Notes: generated by a model not told the origin, from the sequence alone. DNA of 59,842 nucleotides from a virus (IMGVR_UViG_3300025132_000006:1-59842); one strand, 5' to 3'. Counted from the stretch's first letter, positions 30,031 through 37,764 are shown. Numbers and translations: made by a program.

Positions 30031-30250
30031 ATCCTTCCTCTTTTCTTATTAAATCATCTTTTATTTTTATAATATCTTTTCTTATTTTTTCAAAAGGTTT
30101 AGCATAATCAAAATTACTTAAGGTTCTTGCAGAGTTTTCAGCTAACACAAGTGCTATTATAATATTCTGCATTTCTTCTTTACTAAACCTTATTAAAGCA
30201 GTTGATTTTTTTAACCATTCTGTTTCTTTATATACATCTCTTGTCATCAT
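29975..30250 (-). CDS. Hypothetical protein ending in CxxCE
   Basis: In the operon; C-terminal CQTCE. Confidence 0.55.
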   Translation of the reverse strand: MMTRDVYKETEWLKKSTALIRFSKEEMQNIIIALVLAENSARTLSNFDYAKPFEKIRKDIIKIKDDLIRKEEGYEEKPTSYQAPENCQTCE

Positions 30251-30510
30251 TCTTCCTCATCATTTTTCATAGAAACAGCAGGCATTACTTGTATCATAAA
30301 CTCTTCAAATATTTCATTAGCTACTTGATGTTTGAAAGCATCACTTTCTACATTAGCATTTTTATATTTAGATAATACCATTTTAACAATATCTGTGACT
30401 GTTACTCGATAAAATTCATAATCAATATCTTCTGGCATATCACTTAAGTCTATTTTTTTCTTTCTTCCATCTATGATAGGTGGATTATTTAATCTATCTA
30501 TAACTTTCAT
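30247..30510 (-). CDS. Hypothetical protein
   Basis: AAGGA RBS; first gene after the structured intergenic block. Confidence 0.6.
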   Translation of the reverse strand: MKVIDRLNNPPIIDGRKKKIDLSDMPEDIDYEFYRVTVTDIVKMVLSKYKNANVESDAFKHQVANEIFEEFMIQVMPAVSMKNDEEE

Positions 30511-30537
30511 AATGTTTTCCTTATATTAGTTAATTCA

Positions 30538-30662
30538 TAGGCAGTCTCAGAAAAGAATGGTTCGCCAACCATAGTCAATCTCTTTTTATAAATCGCTCTT
30601 GTGAACATAACACTCACAGTATTAATTGTTAAAAGAAAATAGTATTCTTCTGAAACTGCCTA
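30538..30662 (-). ncRNA. Structured RNA candidate A (multibranch, closed by a TAGGCAG/CTGCCTA stem)
   Basis: Minus strand taggcagtttcagaa pairs with ttctgagactgccta (one G-U). Internal hairpins atggtt/aaccat and tgtgag/ttcaca. Confidence 0.6.
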
Positions 30663-30676
30663 AATTAGAAAAGGTT

Positions 30677-30743
30677 GAGTGGTTAAGCCTAAGATGGTAT
30701 ATGGAAGGTGTATAAGCTGTAGATATATTGACGTTAACCACTC
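30677..30743 (-). ncRNA. Structured RNA candidate B
   Basis: Perfect 10-bp closing stem gagtggttaa/ttaaccactc. Confidence 0.5.
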
Positions 30744-30759
30744 TTCTTAATTTAAAACA

Positions 30760-30830
30760 GAAAGAGGGTAAGAAACAAACAAGAAGGAACTTGTATGAAT
30801 ATAGATTCGACACTATTCCTACCCTCTCTC
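30760..30830 (-). ncRNA. Structured RNA candidate C / possible terminator after SSB
   Basis: 15-bp closing stem whose two plus-strand A-C mismatches are G-U pairs on the minus strand; inner hairpin acaag-ttcctt-cttgt; T-rich tail. Confidence 0.55.
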
Positions 30831-30837
30831 ATTTTAT

Positions 30838-31410
30838 TTAGAATGGCACGTCACTATCAAACTCACTAGCATCTTTTCTTTCGCCATTTTGCCAAGGATA
30901 AACTTGAAATACTTTCCAAGCTTTTCTTGTGCTACCATCTTGAGCCTTGTATTCTTCTTGACCAATCTTGATTAAGCAAGGTAATCCAATTACATCAGAT
31001 TCTTCTACTTGACCTAATACAGTATCGTTATTGTCATCTACTTGGAATACAACGCCAATGGATTCAAACCATTGTTTATACTTCCGGTTCTTCCATTTTT
31101 CATCACCTGGTTTAGGAGTAAGCCATATGCCATTACTTCTAAATTCCTTAGATGCTAGATATGAACCACTTATCTTTTGTGGGTTTCCATCAGCATCTAC
31201 AACTTTAACAAGCTCACCATTTTCAATAGTTTGCTTATCAATAGATACTTTTTCAACTTCGTTAGCAACAGTAAAAATCATGTTATAAACGACACTATCG
31301 TTCCATTCTTTTATATCTATTTTGCTTACGTGAGCAGGATAAGTTCCAGGTATGATAGGTAAAGATTTTTCATCTCCTTTACCTAATGTAGTATTTTCTA
31401 ATGTTTTCAC
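30838..31410 (-). CDS. Single-stranded DNA-binding protein (DUF669-like)
   Basis: PGTYPAHV N-terminal motif, beta-rich core, acidic tail ending DSDVPF. Confidence 0.75.
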   Translation of the reverse strand: MKTLENTTLGKGDEKSLPIIPGTYPAHVSKIDIKEWNDSVVYNMIFTVANEVEKVSIDKQTIENGELVKVVDADGNPQKISGSYLASKEFRSNGIWLTPKPGDEKWKNRKYKQWFESIGVVFQVDDNNDTVLGQVEESDVIGLPCLIKIGQEEYKAQDGSTRKAWKVFQVYPWQNGERKDASEFDSDVPF

Positions 31411-31421
31411 TAGTATTCTCC

Positions 31422-31724
31422 TTATTTGGTTGATTTGGTTGTTGTGTACTTTTCCATTAACTTATTAAACTCGCTACGAAACTCAAGCATTTTTTTACTT
31501 GGCTCTGCTCCATTGCGACCTTGAAAGTATAATTGAGGACTTACAAAACTACCTGTTTTGGTTTTCATAAACCTACGAGTATTGTGTCTACGAGTACTAG
31601 CAAAGCCAGATTCTTGTAGTTCTTTAACTGTCTTATCAGTTAGAACACCATTTTTATTTAGGTCTTCTATTTCTTTAAGAGTTAATTTACCCATTATATT
31701 CTCCTTTTTAATAATCTCCATCAA
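31422..31724 (-). CDS. Hypothetical basic protein
   Basis: ORF in the operon; true start probably at MGKLTL after AAGGAG. Confidence 0.6.
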   Translation of the reverse strand: MMEIIKKENIMGKLTLKEIEDLNKNGVLTDKTVKELQESGFASTRRHNTRRFMKTKTGSFVSPQLYFQGRNGAEPSKKMLEFRSEFNKLMEKYTTTKSTK

Positions 31725-31944
31725 TATATCTAGGTTCTTCTTCTTTATCCATTTCTATGGTAAAAGCATAATAACTAGGATTAATAGAGATGTTTTTGTT
31801 ATTGTGTGTTTTAAAGCACATCATTGGCTTTCCATTAAGTAACTTATATCCTTTAAATACAACTTGACGGAATTCTTTTCCATCATTTGTACCTATAACA
31901 TATTTATCGTTTACTTCTAGGATTCCATCATCATTTAGATTCAT
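31708..31944 (-). CDS. Hypothetical small beta-rich protein
   Basis: AGGAG RBS; in the operon. Confidence 0.6.
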   Translation of the reverse strand: MNLNDDGILEVNDKYVIGTNDGKEFRQVVFKGYKLLNGKPMMCFKTHNNKNISINPSYYAFTIEMDKEEEPRYIDGDY

Positions 31945-32503
31945 TTTCTAATCTCCTCTTTAGTGATGCATATGTAACTTCAAAATTATCTGCGTGAACT
32001 AATTCCTTATCAATTCCATCGCTAACTTCTTTATGTTTACTTGCTCCTAGCTTTTCAGCAACAACTAGAAGTGCTTTTTTCTGCTCTTTAGTCAAAGGAG
32101 TAGTATGAGGTAAGTCTTCACCTGCATATATATATAATCCTAATCCATGTAGAGCAATCGCTTTAGCTAAACATCTAGCATGTGATGTATTTATTTGAAA
32201 AGCATTAGGTTTCTCAATAGTCTGATTTCTGTTGTCTAGTACAGGATGAGTTTGTGTTCTTGAAAGCCCATTAACTGTTACGCTTACCTTTACAAAATAT
32301 CCAGTATCTGTCTTCATGTATGGTTGAGAACCTCCATTGCCATCACTGTATTCAAATACATGCCATGTAGCGTCAGGTGCTATTTTTAACAACTCTCTAA
32401 TTGCCCAAGCCCAACTAAGATATGTAAAATTACCTTTTTTCTCAGTATACTCATTTACATTTATACTATTTAGTGTTTCAAAAGTATTAATTTCATTTGG
32501 CAT
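31931..32503 (-). CDS. Sak/Rad52-like single-strand annealing protein (DUF1071)
   Basis: TYLSWAWA, PVLD.RN and IN.S..RCLAKAIALHGLGLYIYAGEDLP signature. Confidence 0.93.
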   Translation of the reverse strand: MPNEINTFETLNSINVNEYTEKKGNFTYLSWAWAIRELLKIAPDATWHVFEYSDGNGGSQPYMKTDTGYFVKVSVTVNGLSRTQTHPVLDNRNQTIEKPNAFQINTSHARCLAKAIALHGLGLYIYAGEDLPHTTPLTKEQKKALLVVAEKLGASKHKEVSDGIDKELVHADNFEVTYASLKRRLENESK

Positions 32504-32515
32504 ATTGCCTCCTAT

Positions 32516-32797
32516 TTAGTTTTCATTCATCCATGTATAATACCATAAGTCGCCAGTGTCTTCATCCTCAAATTCTAATTCATTGATAGGATAAACAGTA
32601 CTGACATCTTTTATGCAAGAAATAGGTTTCCAATAGGCATATCGTATACCTGTCTCCCTAAATTCTAGTTCATTTGTATTATAACCTTTTTCTTTCATTA
32701 GTTTTGCTATCTTATTTCTTTTATTTTTATCAACTGGACATGAATTATGATATTTATATCCCCATTGATTATCTGTGTTGTGTGGTACTCCTGCCAT
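32516..32797 (-). CDS. Hypothetical protein
   Basis: AGGAG RBS; in the operon. Confidence 0.6.
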   Translation of the reverse strand: MAGVPHNTDNQWGYKYHNSCPVDKNKRNKIAKLMKEKGYNTNELEFRETGIRYAYWKPISCIKDVSTVYPINELEFEDEDTGDLWYYTWMNEN

Positions 32798-32798
32798 T

Positions 32799-33536
32799 TT
32801 ATACTCCTTGACATTCTATTTTATGAAATGGACAATATTTACATTCCCAATTATATACTGGAGTGTTATGACTACCTATATCTGGTAATCCTTCTTCATC
32901 TAATGTTTCATTTAACTCGACCCAGTAATAAAATGCATTCTTTATCCATTCGTTACTAATAATTTGAGTTTTCATCATACTATCATCTTTACGATACCAT
33001 ATTAAACCAAGCTCAACACTACTTGCTTCTTCTTCTCTGCCTAAATGATTAAGCATACCTAATGCATATGTACCTAATTGAAGCTCATAGTTAACAGAAG
33101 GATTAGGGTCTCTATTAAAAGCTCTTCCAAATAATTTTTTCCATTTAAATGAATGAGCAGTCTTAACATCGTATACAAATAGTTTTTCTTCATTGTCAAT
33201 AGCTAAATCTAAATGACCAACTACATTTAAATCTGGTAGCTTAATTCGAAACTCAGAATAGATAGTAATATTATGTTCTTCATCTTTATTTAAGTTATTG
33301 TATTCTAATATTGCTTCTTCTAAGTCTTTATGAACTAAAGTACCTAACCTCATAACTCTCATAGGTCTTTCAGTTGGTGCTATCTCATCATATCCTTCTT
33401 TTTTATACCATTGTTTTCTAAAACATGAACCTGCAGTAGATGCACTAAACCATCCTTTAAACTTTTCATATTTTTCTTTATGTTTTTTACCTTGATTTAA
33501 TAAATAGTCATGGTAAATATTTTCTATATTAATCAT
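32799..33536 (-). CDS. PD-(D/E)XK (Cas4/RecB-like) exonuclease
   Basis: SAS...C.RK, GTLVH, GHLD...DVKT, QL..Y and C-terminal CKYCPF...C; probable start at MINIENIY. Confidence 0.88.
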   Translation of the reverse strand: MINIENIYHDYLLNQGKKHKEKYEKFKGWFSASTAGSCFRKQWYKKEGYDEIAPTERPMRVMRLGTLVHKDLEEAILEYNNLNKDEEHNITIYSEFRIKLPDLNVVGHLDLAIDNEEKLFVYDVKTAHSFKWKKLFGRAFNRDPNPSVNYELQLGTYALGMLNHLGREEEASSVELGLIWYRKDDSMMKTQIISNEWIKNAFYYWVELNETLDEEGLPDIGSHNTPVYNWECKYCPFHKIECQGV

Positions 33537-33693
33537 TTCCCCATTCCTTATTATATTCATCATAGTTCTTCATAATGTTTATCCATTGTAGTTTAGTCAA
33601 TGATGTTAGTTCTCTTGCTCTACGGTCAAACATATTAAATGAACCATTTCTACGAACAACTTCGTATTCTTTAAATTGTTTTTTTGTAATCAT
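33529..33693 (-). CDS. Small protein, 54 aa, DUF5049-like (not in ORF track)
   Basis: AGGAGG RBS; MITKKQFKEYEVVRRNGSFNMFD... with a VR..G..NMFD motif. Confidence 0.65.
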   Translation of the reverse strand: MITKKQFKEYEVVRRNGSFNMFDRRARELTSLTKLQWINIMKNYDEYNKEWGND

Positions 33694-33737
33694 ATATCCT
33701 CCTAAAATTACATATTGTTACACTTACATAAAAGCTT

Positions 33738-33812
33738 AATGAGGGATACTGCATAATTGAAAAGAAGATTTCCCAATAAACCAACAATTATACATGGGTT
33801 GTATCCCCCATT
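33738..33812 (-). ncRNA. Structured intergenic RNA candidate D
   Basis: Minus strand aatgggggatac/gtatccctcatt plus inner tgtataattg/caattatgca; mismatches resolve to G-U on the minus strand. Confidence 0.5.
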
Positions 33813-33858
33813 TGTGCATCCACATGAACTAGCAGAGTCCTGCGTTTCACGTAAGGTA

Positions 33859-34083
33859 CTACTTAACTACTGCCTCTAGTTTATAAGAAGCGTAAGTCTT
33901 ACCTTGTCTAGTTATTTTCTTAGTCTTTATCTTATGACCATCTGCTCTTAAATTAAATATTACAGCTGCTAATCTAAAGCATCCATATTGTTCAAGTGCA
34001 TCAAGTGGTGTAATAGAACCTACTTTTTTTAAATGATTAAGTATATTCTTTTGTTGACTAGTATATCTACCTGCATTTAACAT
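33859..34083 (-). CDS. Winged helix-turn-helix protein
   Basis: SQ...IL..L.....ITPLDAL..YGCFRLAAVIF.LR..G..I pattern (phage HTH_39-like). Confidence 0.8.
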   Translation of the reverse strand: MLNAGRYTSQQKNILNHLKKVGSITPLDALEQYGCFRLAAVIFNLRADGHKIKTKKITRQGKTYASYKLEAVVK

Positions 34084-34679
34084 ATTTCAAACCCTCCAGA
34101 TTGTTCACAAAACTCAGCAAAATCAATTATACTTTCTTTAGAAAATGGATAATAGCCATTCCAATCCTTCTTTCTATATACTTCATCCCATATTTCTTTC
34201 CAATTTCTAGGATAGTCAGCAGGAACTATATCTTTATCACCAGTTTCTTCTTGAACCATCTCATTAACTTTATCAAGTAGTAATGTAATCTTTTTATTGT
34301 GCCTTCGAGCTGTTTCATATATTTCATATTTTACATCTGCGTATTTATCTAAAGTACCATCTTTATGTAATCTTCTTATTCTGGCAGCTACTTTCTTAGC
34401 TTTTGTCTTACCTATTTTCTTACCATCATTAAAGTCACCTTTCTCTAAGTCTCTTTCTGATAGTATATCACTACAAAAATCACTCACGAAAGTCCATATA
34501 GGTCTCCATCCCCATACATTTGCTCTAAAATAATGACCTGGAACTGCATTTTCAAACTCGGTTAGCTCCTTAAAATAGTCTTCTTTTTCTTTTTCTGTAT
34601 TCTCCTCACTCCAATTTATTGTTGGTTGTGTAAGATTTTTAGGGTTATTAGGGTTTACTCCATATAAATCAAATCCCAT
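34077..34679 (-). CDS. Conserved phage hypothetical protein
   Basis: MGFDLYG...YFRANVWGWRPIW...FAEFCEQSGGFEIC pattern; GAGG RBS. Confidence 0.7.
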   Translation of the reverse strand: MGFDLYGVNPNNPKNLTQPTINWSEENTEKEKEDYFKELTEFENAVPGHYFRANVWGWRPIWTFVSDFCSDILSERDLEKGDFNDGKKIGKTKAKKVAARIRRLHKDGTLDKYADVKYEIYETARRHNKKITLLLDKVNEMVQEETGDKDIVPADYPRNWKEIWDEVYRKKDWNGYYPFSKESIIDFAEFCEQSGGFEIC

Positions 34680-34852
34680 TATTTACCTCTCTTTCTATCT
34701 ATTTGTTGTTGTATTATTGTATCTATTTGCGATTCTAAATAATCACAATAGTCTTGTTTTAAACATGCTACTACTTCATCTGCTTTTATACCATCATCAC
34801 CAATTACTAAAGTAACAGTTTCTCTTATTTGATTTAAGTCAAACTTTAGCAT
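34679..34852 (-). CDS. Hypothetical protein, 57 aa (not in ORF track)
   Basis: AAGGAG RBS; MLKFDLNQIRETVTLVIGDDG...; TAATG coupling to the next gene. Confidence 0.6.
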   Translation of the reverse strand: MLKFDLNQIRETVTLVIGDDGIKADEVVACLKQDYCDYLESQIDTIIQQQIDRKRGK

Positions 34853-34867
34853 TACATCTCCTTATAA

Positions 34868-34899
34868 AAGACAGGGTAGGAAAGGAACTACCCCGTCTT
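34868..34899 (-). terminator. Hairpin with short U-tail after the ParB-like gene; loop UUCCUUUC
   Basis: aagacggggtag-ttcctttc-ctaccctgtctt followed by ttat. Confidence 0.6.
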
Positions 34900-34907
34900 G
34901 TTGCGTG

Positions 34908-35666
34908 TTATAAGAAACGCACTTTCTTACCTCTTGATTGATAATTATATATATCTTCAAGAAGAGTCATATACGTTTCAGTATCTGGACAACGAACTAA
35001 TTTGGTACTTTGATATTCAACTTTCTGCATCATTGTATCATGATTATAGTCCTCTACTGTTTCTATAATCTTAAGTAATGCATTAATAAATCCTCTTTGT
35101 TTATACCATTTAAACCAATTAGAGAACTCATTAATTTGTTCAATGATTGCATTAACTTCGTTGACTGTTCTTAAGAACTCAAGACCACCTGTCTTAAATG
35201 CTATTTGAGAACCTTTAGTATTCCCCATAAATAACATTATCAATGAGTTATGACTCCATCCACTTCTTCGCTTAATACCACAATACATTTTATAGTTCTT
35301 GTGACCTAAGTTAGCATAGTGTTTAGCGTAATCATCATAATTCCATCTGTTTTGTTGTTGTATAGAAGCCACATTCCACGGCTTTAACCTTTCATGTTCA
35401 TCAACAACATAATGAATAGACTCACCAAGTTCTTTACAAGCAGTGAATCTGTACTGCCCATCATATACAGGATGCTTACCATTTGGATACTCATCATCTT
35501 TATAAGCTGGGTTAAGTGGTAATACAATAACTGGATTAACATCAGTTAAATTACCTATAGCTTTAATATTGTTAACTATCTCAGCTAAGTGATTAGGCTT
35601 TATGTCTCTATTCCAGTCCTCAAGAGTAAATAGACCATAATCCTTTGTTTTACGTATTCTAGGCAT
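34908..35666 (-). CDS. ParB/Srx-like N-terminal domain protein
   Basis: NR.I...H...I, PVIV, V.DGQYRF.AC..L and N..W...D motifs; likely start MPRIRK after GGGAGG. Confidence 0.75.
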   Translation of the reverse strand: MPRIRKTKDYGLFTLEDWNRDIKPNHLAEIVNNIKAIGNLTDVNPVIVLPLNPAYKDDEYPNGKHPVYDGQYRFTACKELGESIHYVVDEHERLKPWNVASIQQQNRWNYDDYAKHYANLGHKNYKMYCGIKRRSGWSHNSLIMLFMGNTKGSQIAFKTGGLEFLRTVNEVNAIIEQINEFSNWFKWYKQRGFINALLKIIETVEDYNHDTMMQKVEYQSTKLVRCPDTETYMTLLEDIYNYQSRGKKVRFL

Positions 35667-35709
35667 AGTGCCTCCCTTCATCTTTTTGTTAGAGTCGCTA
35701 TCTCTTTAA

Positions 35710-35847
35710 TTATCTAAGTCCAATATACTCCATAGCTCTATAAACAGGCGACTGTCTACAATAGTTTAACCACGCATTTAATATAATATCAGCTTTAATC
35801 TTTTGCTCACCAATACTATTCTTAGATTGTTTTATCTTTTTGTTCAT
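35710..35847 (-). CDS. Hypothetical protein
   Basis: Likely start MNKKIK after a purine-rich RBS. Confidence 0.45.
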   Translation of the reverse strand: MNKKIKQSKNSIGEQKIKADIILNAWLNYCRQSPVYRAMEYIGLR

Positions 35848-36016
35848 TTTCTTCCCTTTCCTTGTCAAATACAAGTCTTGCAGTATTCTTTGAACCATTT
35901 ACTGCTTGAAGATATACCATAGTATACTCACACAGTCCATTAGCGTCAAGAAATGATTTAGGTAGTGTTAACCTGCCTCTATCATCTATTCTGCATCTAG
36001 TTATATACATACTCAT
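35822..36016 (-). CDS. AbrB/MraZ-type DNA-binding protein
   Basis: RIDDRGRLTLPKSF signature. Confidence 0.75.
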   Translation of the reverse strand: MSMYITRCRIDDRGRLTLPKSFLDANGLCEYTMVYLQAVNGSKNTARLVFDKEREENEQKDKTI

Positions 36017-36029
36017 TTATTACCTCTTT

Positions 36030-36107
36030 CTACTCTTTTAATTGATAATGATTAAATATTCCCCATGCAACTAAGCATGTACCTACAATAATCCATGATT
36101 CTATCAT
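36030..36107 (-). CDS. Possible 25-aa single-TM micropeptide
   Basis: AGGAG RBS; MIESWIIVGTCLVAWGIFNHYQLKE. Confidence 0.4.
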   Translation of the reverse strand: MIESWIIVGTCLVAWGIFNHYQLKE

Positions 36108-36134
36108 TTATTTACTCTCCTATTTTAAAAATTT

Positions 36135-36220
36135 AGAGGCAACTACGAAGTAAAGGTTACTCCCATCGTATTAGTAACTTCAGCTCGAGCTTGGGAACTA
36201 GACTCGTTATCATTGCCTCT
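36135..36220 (-). ncRNA. Structured RNA candidate E (three-way junction, possible loop-loop kiss)
   Basis: agaggcaa/ttgcctct closing stem; hairpins cgagt/gctcg and gttact/agtaac; loops contain complementary CCCA and UGGG. Confidence 0.55.
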
Positions 36221-36229
36221 TTAAAGTTA

Positions 36230-36619
36230 GAATTGCACCTGTCCCCGTTGGTTAGATATACCCGTTACGGTCTTAATATAACAATGCACCCTTTAGCACG
36301 GTGTTTACATTGCGTAGGATAACTTATAGTAAGTGTTAGCTAAACAAATCTATAAGCGATTATAATCCTCCGATACATGGCTCTTCAGCTTCTTCGGTAA
36401 TAGAGAATATATATTATACGACCTAACGATAGCTTAACATTGCTTGTATGAACCACATCTCTTTAGGAGACCCTGTTACACATACTACAGTCACTACAAC
36501 TGTTATCGTTCTTATGCATACCAATATATTAGTGGCAATAGCATAAATAGGAAGGTACTAAAGATAGTTCTTATAGTACTCTACTATATTAAGATGGTTA
36601 CACATATCAAGTGCAATTC
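36230..36619 (-). ncRNA. Large (~390 nt) multi-domain structured RNA candidate F, class unknown
   Basis: 12-bp terminal helix, second long-range 11-bp helix and at least five internal domains (see findings). No credible minus-strand ORF. Confidence 0.7.
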
Positions 36620-36630
36620 ATTAAAATTTA

Positions 36631-36764
36631 TAGGCAGAATAAGGCGATGTAATTGCGACCACTTTTACATTCTTATATTATGGTTACCTTGCTCATATAT
36701 GACTGTTGGACTCTATATCTATGTTTTACCATGAATGCCACCAGAATTTCATAAGTACTGCCTA
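36631..36764 (-). ncRNA. Structured RNA candidate G (same TAGGCAG/CTGCCTA closing stem as candidate A)
   Basis: taggcag at 36631 and ctgccta at 36758; inner hairpins atgaa/ttcat and atgtaa/ttacat. Confidence 0.5.
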
Positions 36765-36889
36765 AATACTCTTGTACTATACAAATAATAAATATTATCT
36801 CTTGCTCTGGTTTAGATTAAGTTGAAGCTCTTACAACACACAAGAGGTAAATTGAGAGTTTATCCTATACTACTCACAAGGTTTTAAAA

Positions 36890-37111
36890 TCAATAGTCCA
36901 GTACTAACAAAGGAACACCTGGATGCCTACGCAGATGATTGGAAATCTGCTTCATCGTATCATCGTAATCACAGGTTATCTGCACTACATAGTTGTCCTT
37001 TAACATGAATCTAGTACCTATCATACCATTGTCAAATGTAAGACTACGAATAGCCTGTACATTGCCCAGATTAATGGTGTAAGTATGTGATTTAAGTAGA
37101 ATATTGGTCAT
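36890..37111 (-). CDS. Small protein, FlbD/LytTR-like pattern
   Basis: AGGAGG RBS; INL..V..I...T.F.L.D...V......D...K pattern. Confidence 0.6.
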   Translation of the reverse strand: MTNILLKSHTYTINLGNVQAIRSLTFDNGMIGTRFMLKDNYVVQITCDYDDTMKQISNHLRRHPGVPLLVLDY

Positions 37112-37235
37112 GTTCCCTCCTTTTTAAGTTTATGCCCAAGTTATATGTAATTTTATACTAATAATAGAGTATTTATATCTTTCCATTATCTGCTTGTATT
37201 ATACAATAAACATAAGAATAACATCATAATAACAA

Positions 37236-37265
37236 GGACAGAACAGCCATAAGACTGCTCTGCCC
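37236..37265 (-). terminator. Hairpin/terminator downstream of the first early gene
   Basis: gggcagagcagtc-ttat-ggctgttctgtcc (13 bp with G-U pairs on the minus strand) followed by ttgttatt. Confidence 0.6.
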
Positions 37266-37345
37266 AAACAAACCACGTGAAACGTCAAGAGATGCACTAC
37301 CATATTAAAGATAGGTTTCCTCTGCGTTCAATGGATGCCATAAAG

Positions 37346-37600
37346 TTATTTCTTGTCTCCTCCTACCATCTCTAGTAAGTGACCGACAACTGCTGTCAAC
37401 TCTTCAATTGGTTGAGATATGTTAGCATTACTATTCACACCTGCCCATAGAGCGGCGACGTCTTCAAATGAACCTTGACTCGCGGCTTTGGCTAGCATGA
37501 TAGCAGATAGAGTATCCATACTCTTCTTATCTACACTCTTTAGACCATTGAGGTTGATACGTGTTGGGAAGTCTCTGCCTCCCTGTATTCTTAAACTCAT
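37346..37600 (-). CDS. Hypothetical protein, first gene of the leftward arm
   Basis: Strong GGAGG RBS. Confidence 0.7.
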   Translation of the reverse strand: MSLRIQGGRDFPTRINLNGLKSVDKKSMDTLSAIMLAKAASQGSFEDVAALWAGVNSNANISQPIEELTAVVGHLLEMVGGDKK

Positions 37601-37734
37601 GTTTCCTCCGTTAATTAATCATCAAAAAGTAAATTCTTAAAAATCAATTACAACGTAAATCCTAATAAGGAAAAACCCTTACTAGGGGGTGTACAAGATA
37701 AATAAGAGGGAGTATCAAAATCCTACAATTTTTC

Positions 37735-37764
37735 TTGAAAAGAACCTGGGCATAGGTATATATT
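37735..37764 (+). promoter_or_regulatory. Possible promoter TTGAAA-N18-TATATT for the late arm (leaderless start at ATG 37770)
   Basis: Lies at the strand switch; ATG is 5 nt after the -10 element and has no SD. Confidence 0.4.

Noticed and set aside
32799-33563. CRISPR-Cas locus
   Set aside because: Solo Cas4-like nuclease next to an annealing protein; no array or other cas genes seen.
33812-33856. Hammerhead ribozyme (GAAAC followed by a hairpin on the minus strand)
   Set aside because: No CUGANGA core and no correctly placed NUH site.
34908-35681. Plasmid-prophage partition system
   Set aside because: No ParA/ParM partner or parS-like array recognised; ParB-like domains are common solo genes in phages.
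36135-36220. Twister ribozyme, purine riboswitch or c-di-GMP-II riboswitch
   Set aside because: Only fragments resemble them (GUUCCCAAGC, AAUGAU); the required helices and conserved cores do not line up.
36230-36619. tmRNA, RNase P RNA or self-splicing intron
   Set aside because: No GGGG.../...CCA tRNA-like ends, no GAGGAAAGUCC motif, no recognisable intron core, and no interrupted gene.
36444-36734. 96-aa plus-strand ORF
   Set aside because: Opposite strand to the arm, TTG start without RBS, implausible composition, and overlaps the structured elements. The same reasoning applies to 30622-30813 (same strand, but non-ATG start across the stems) and to the many short shadow ORFs inside long genes.
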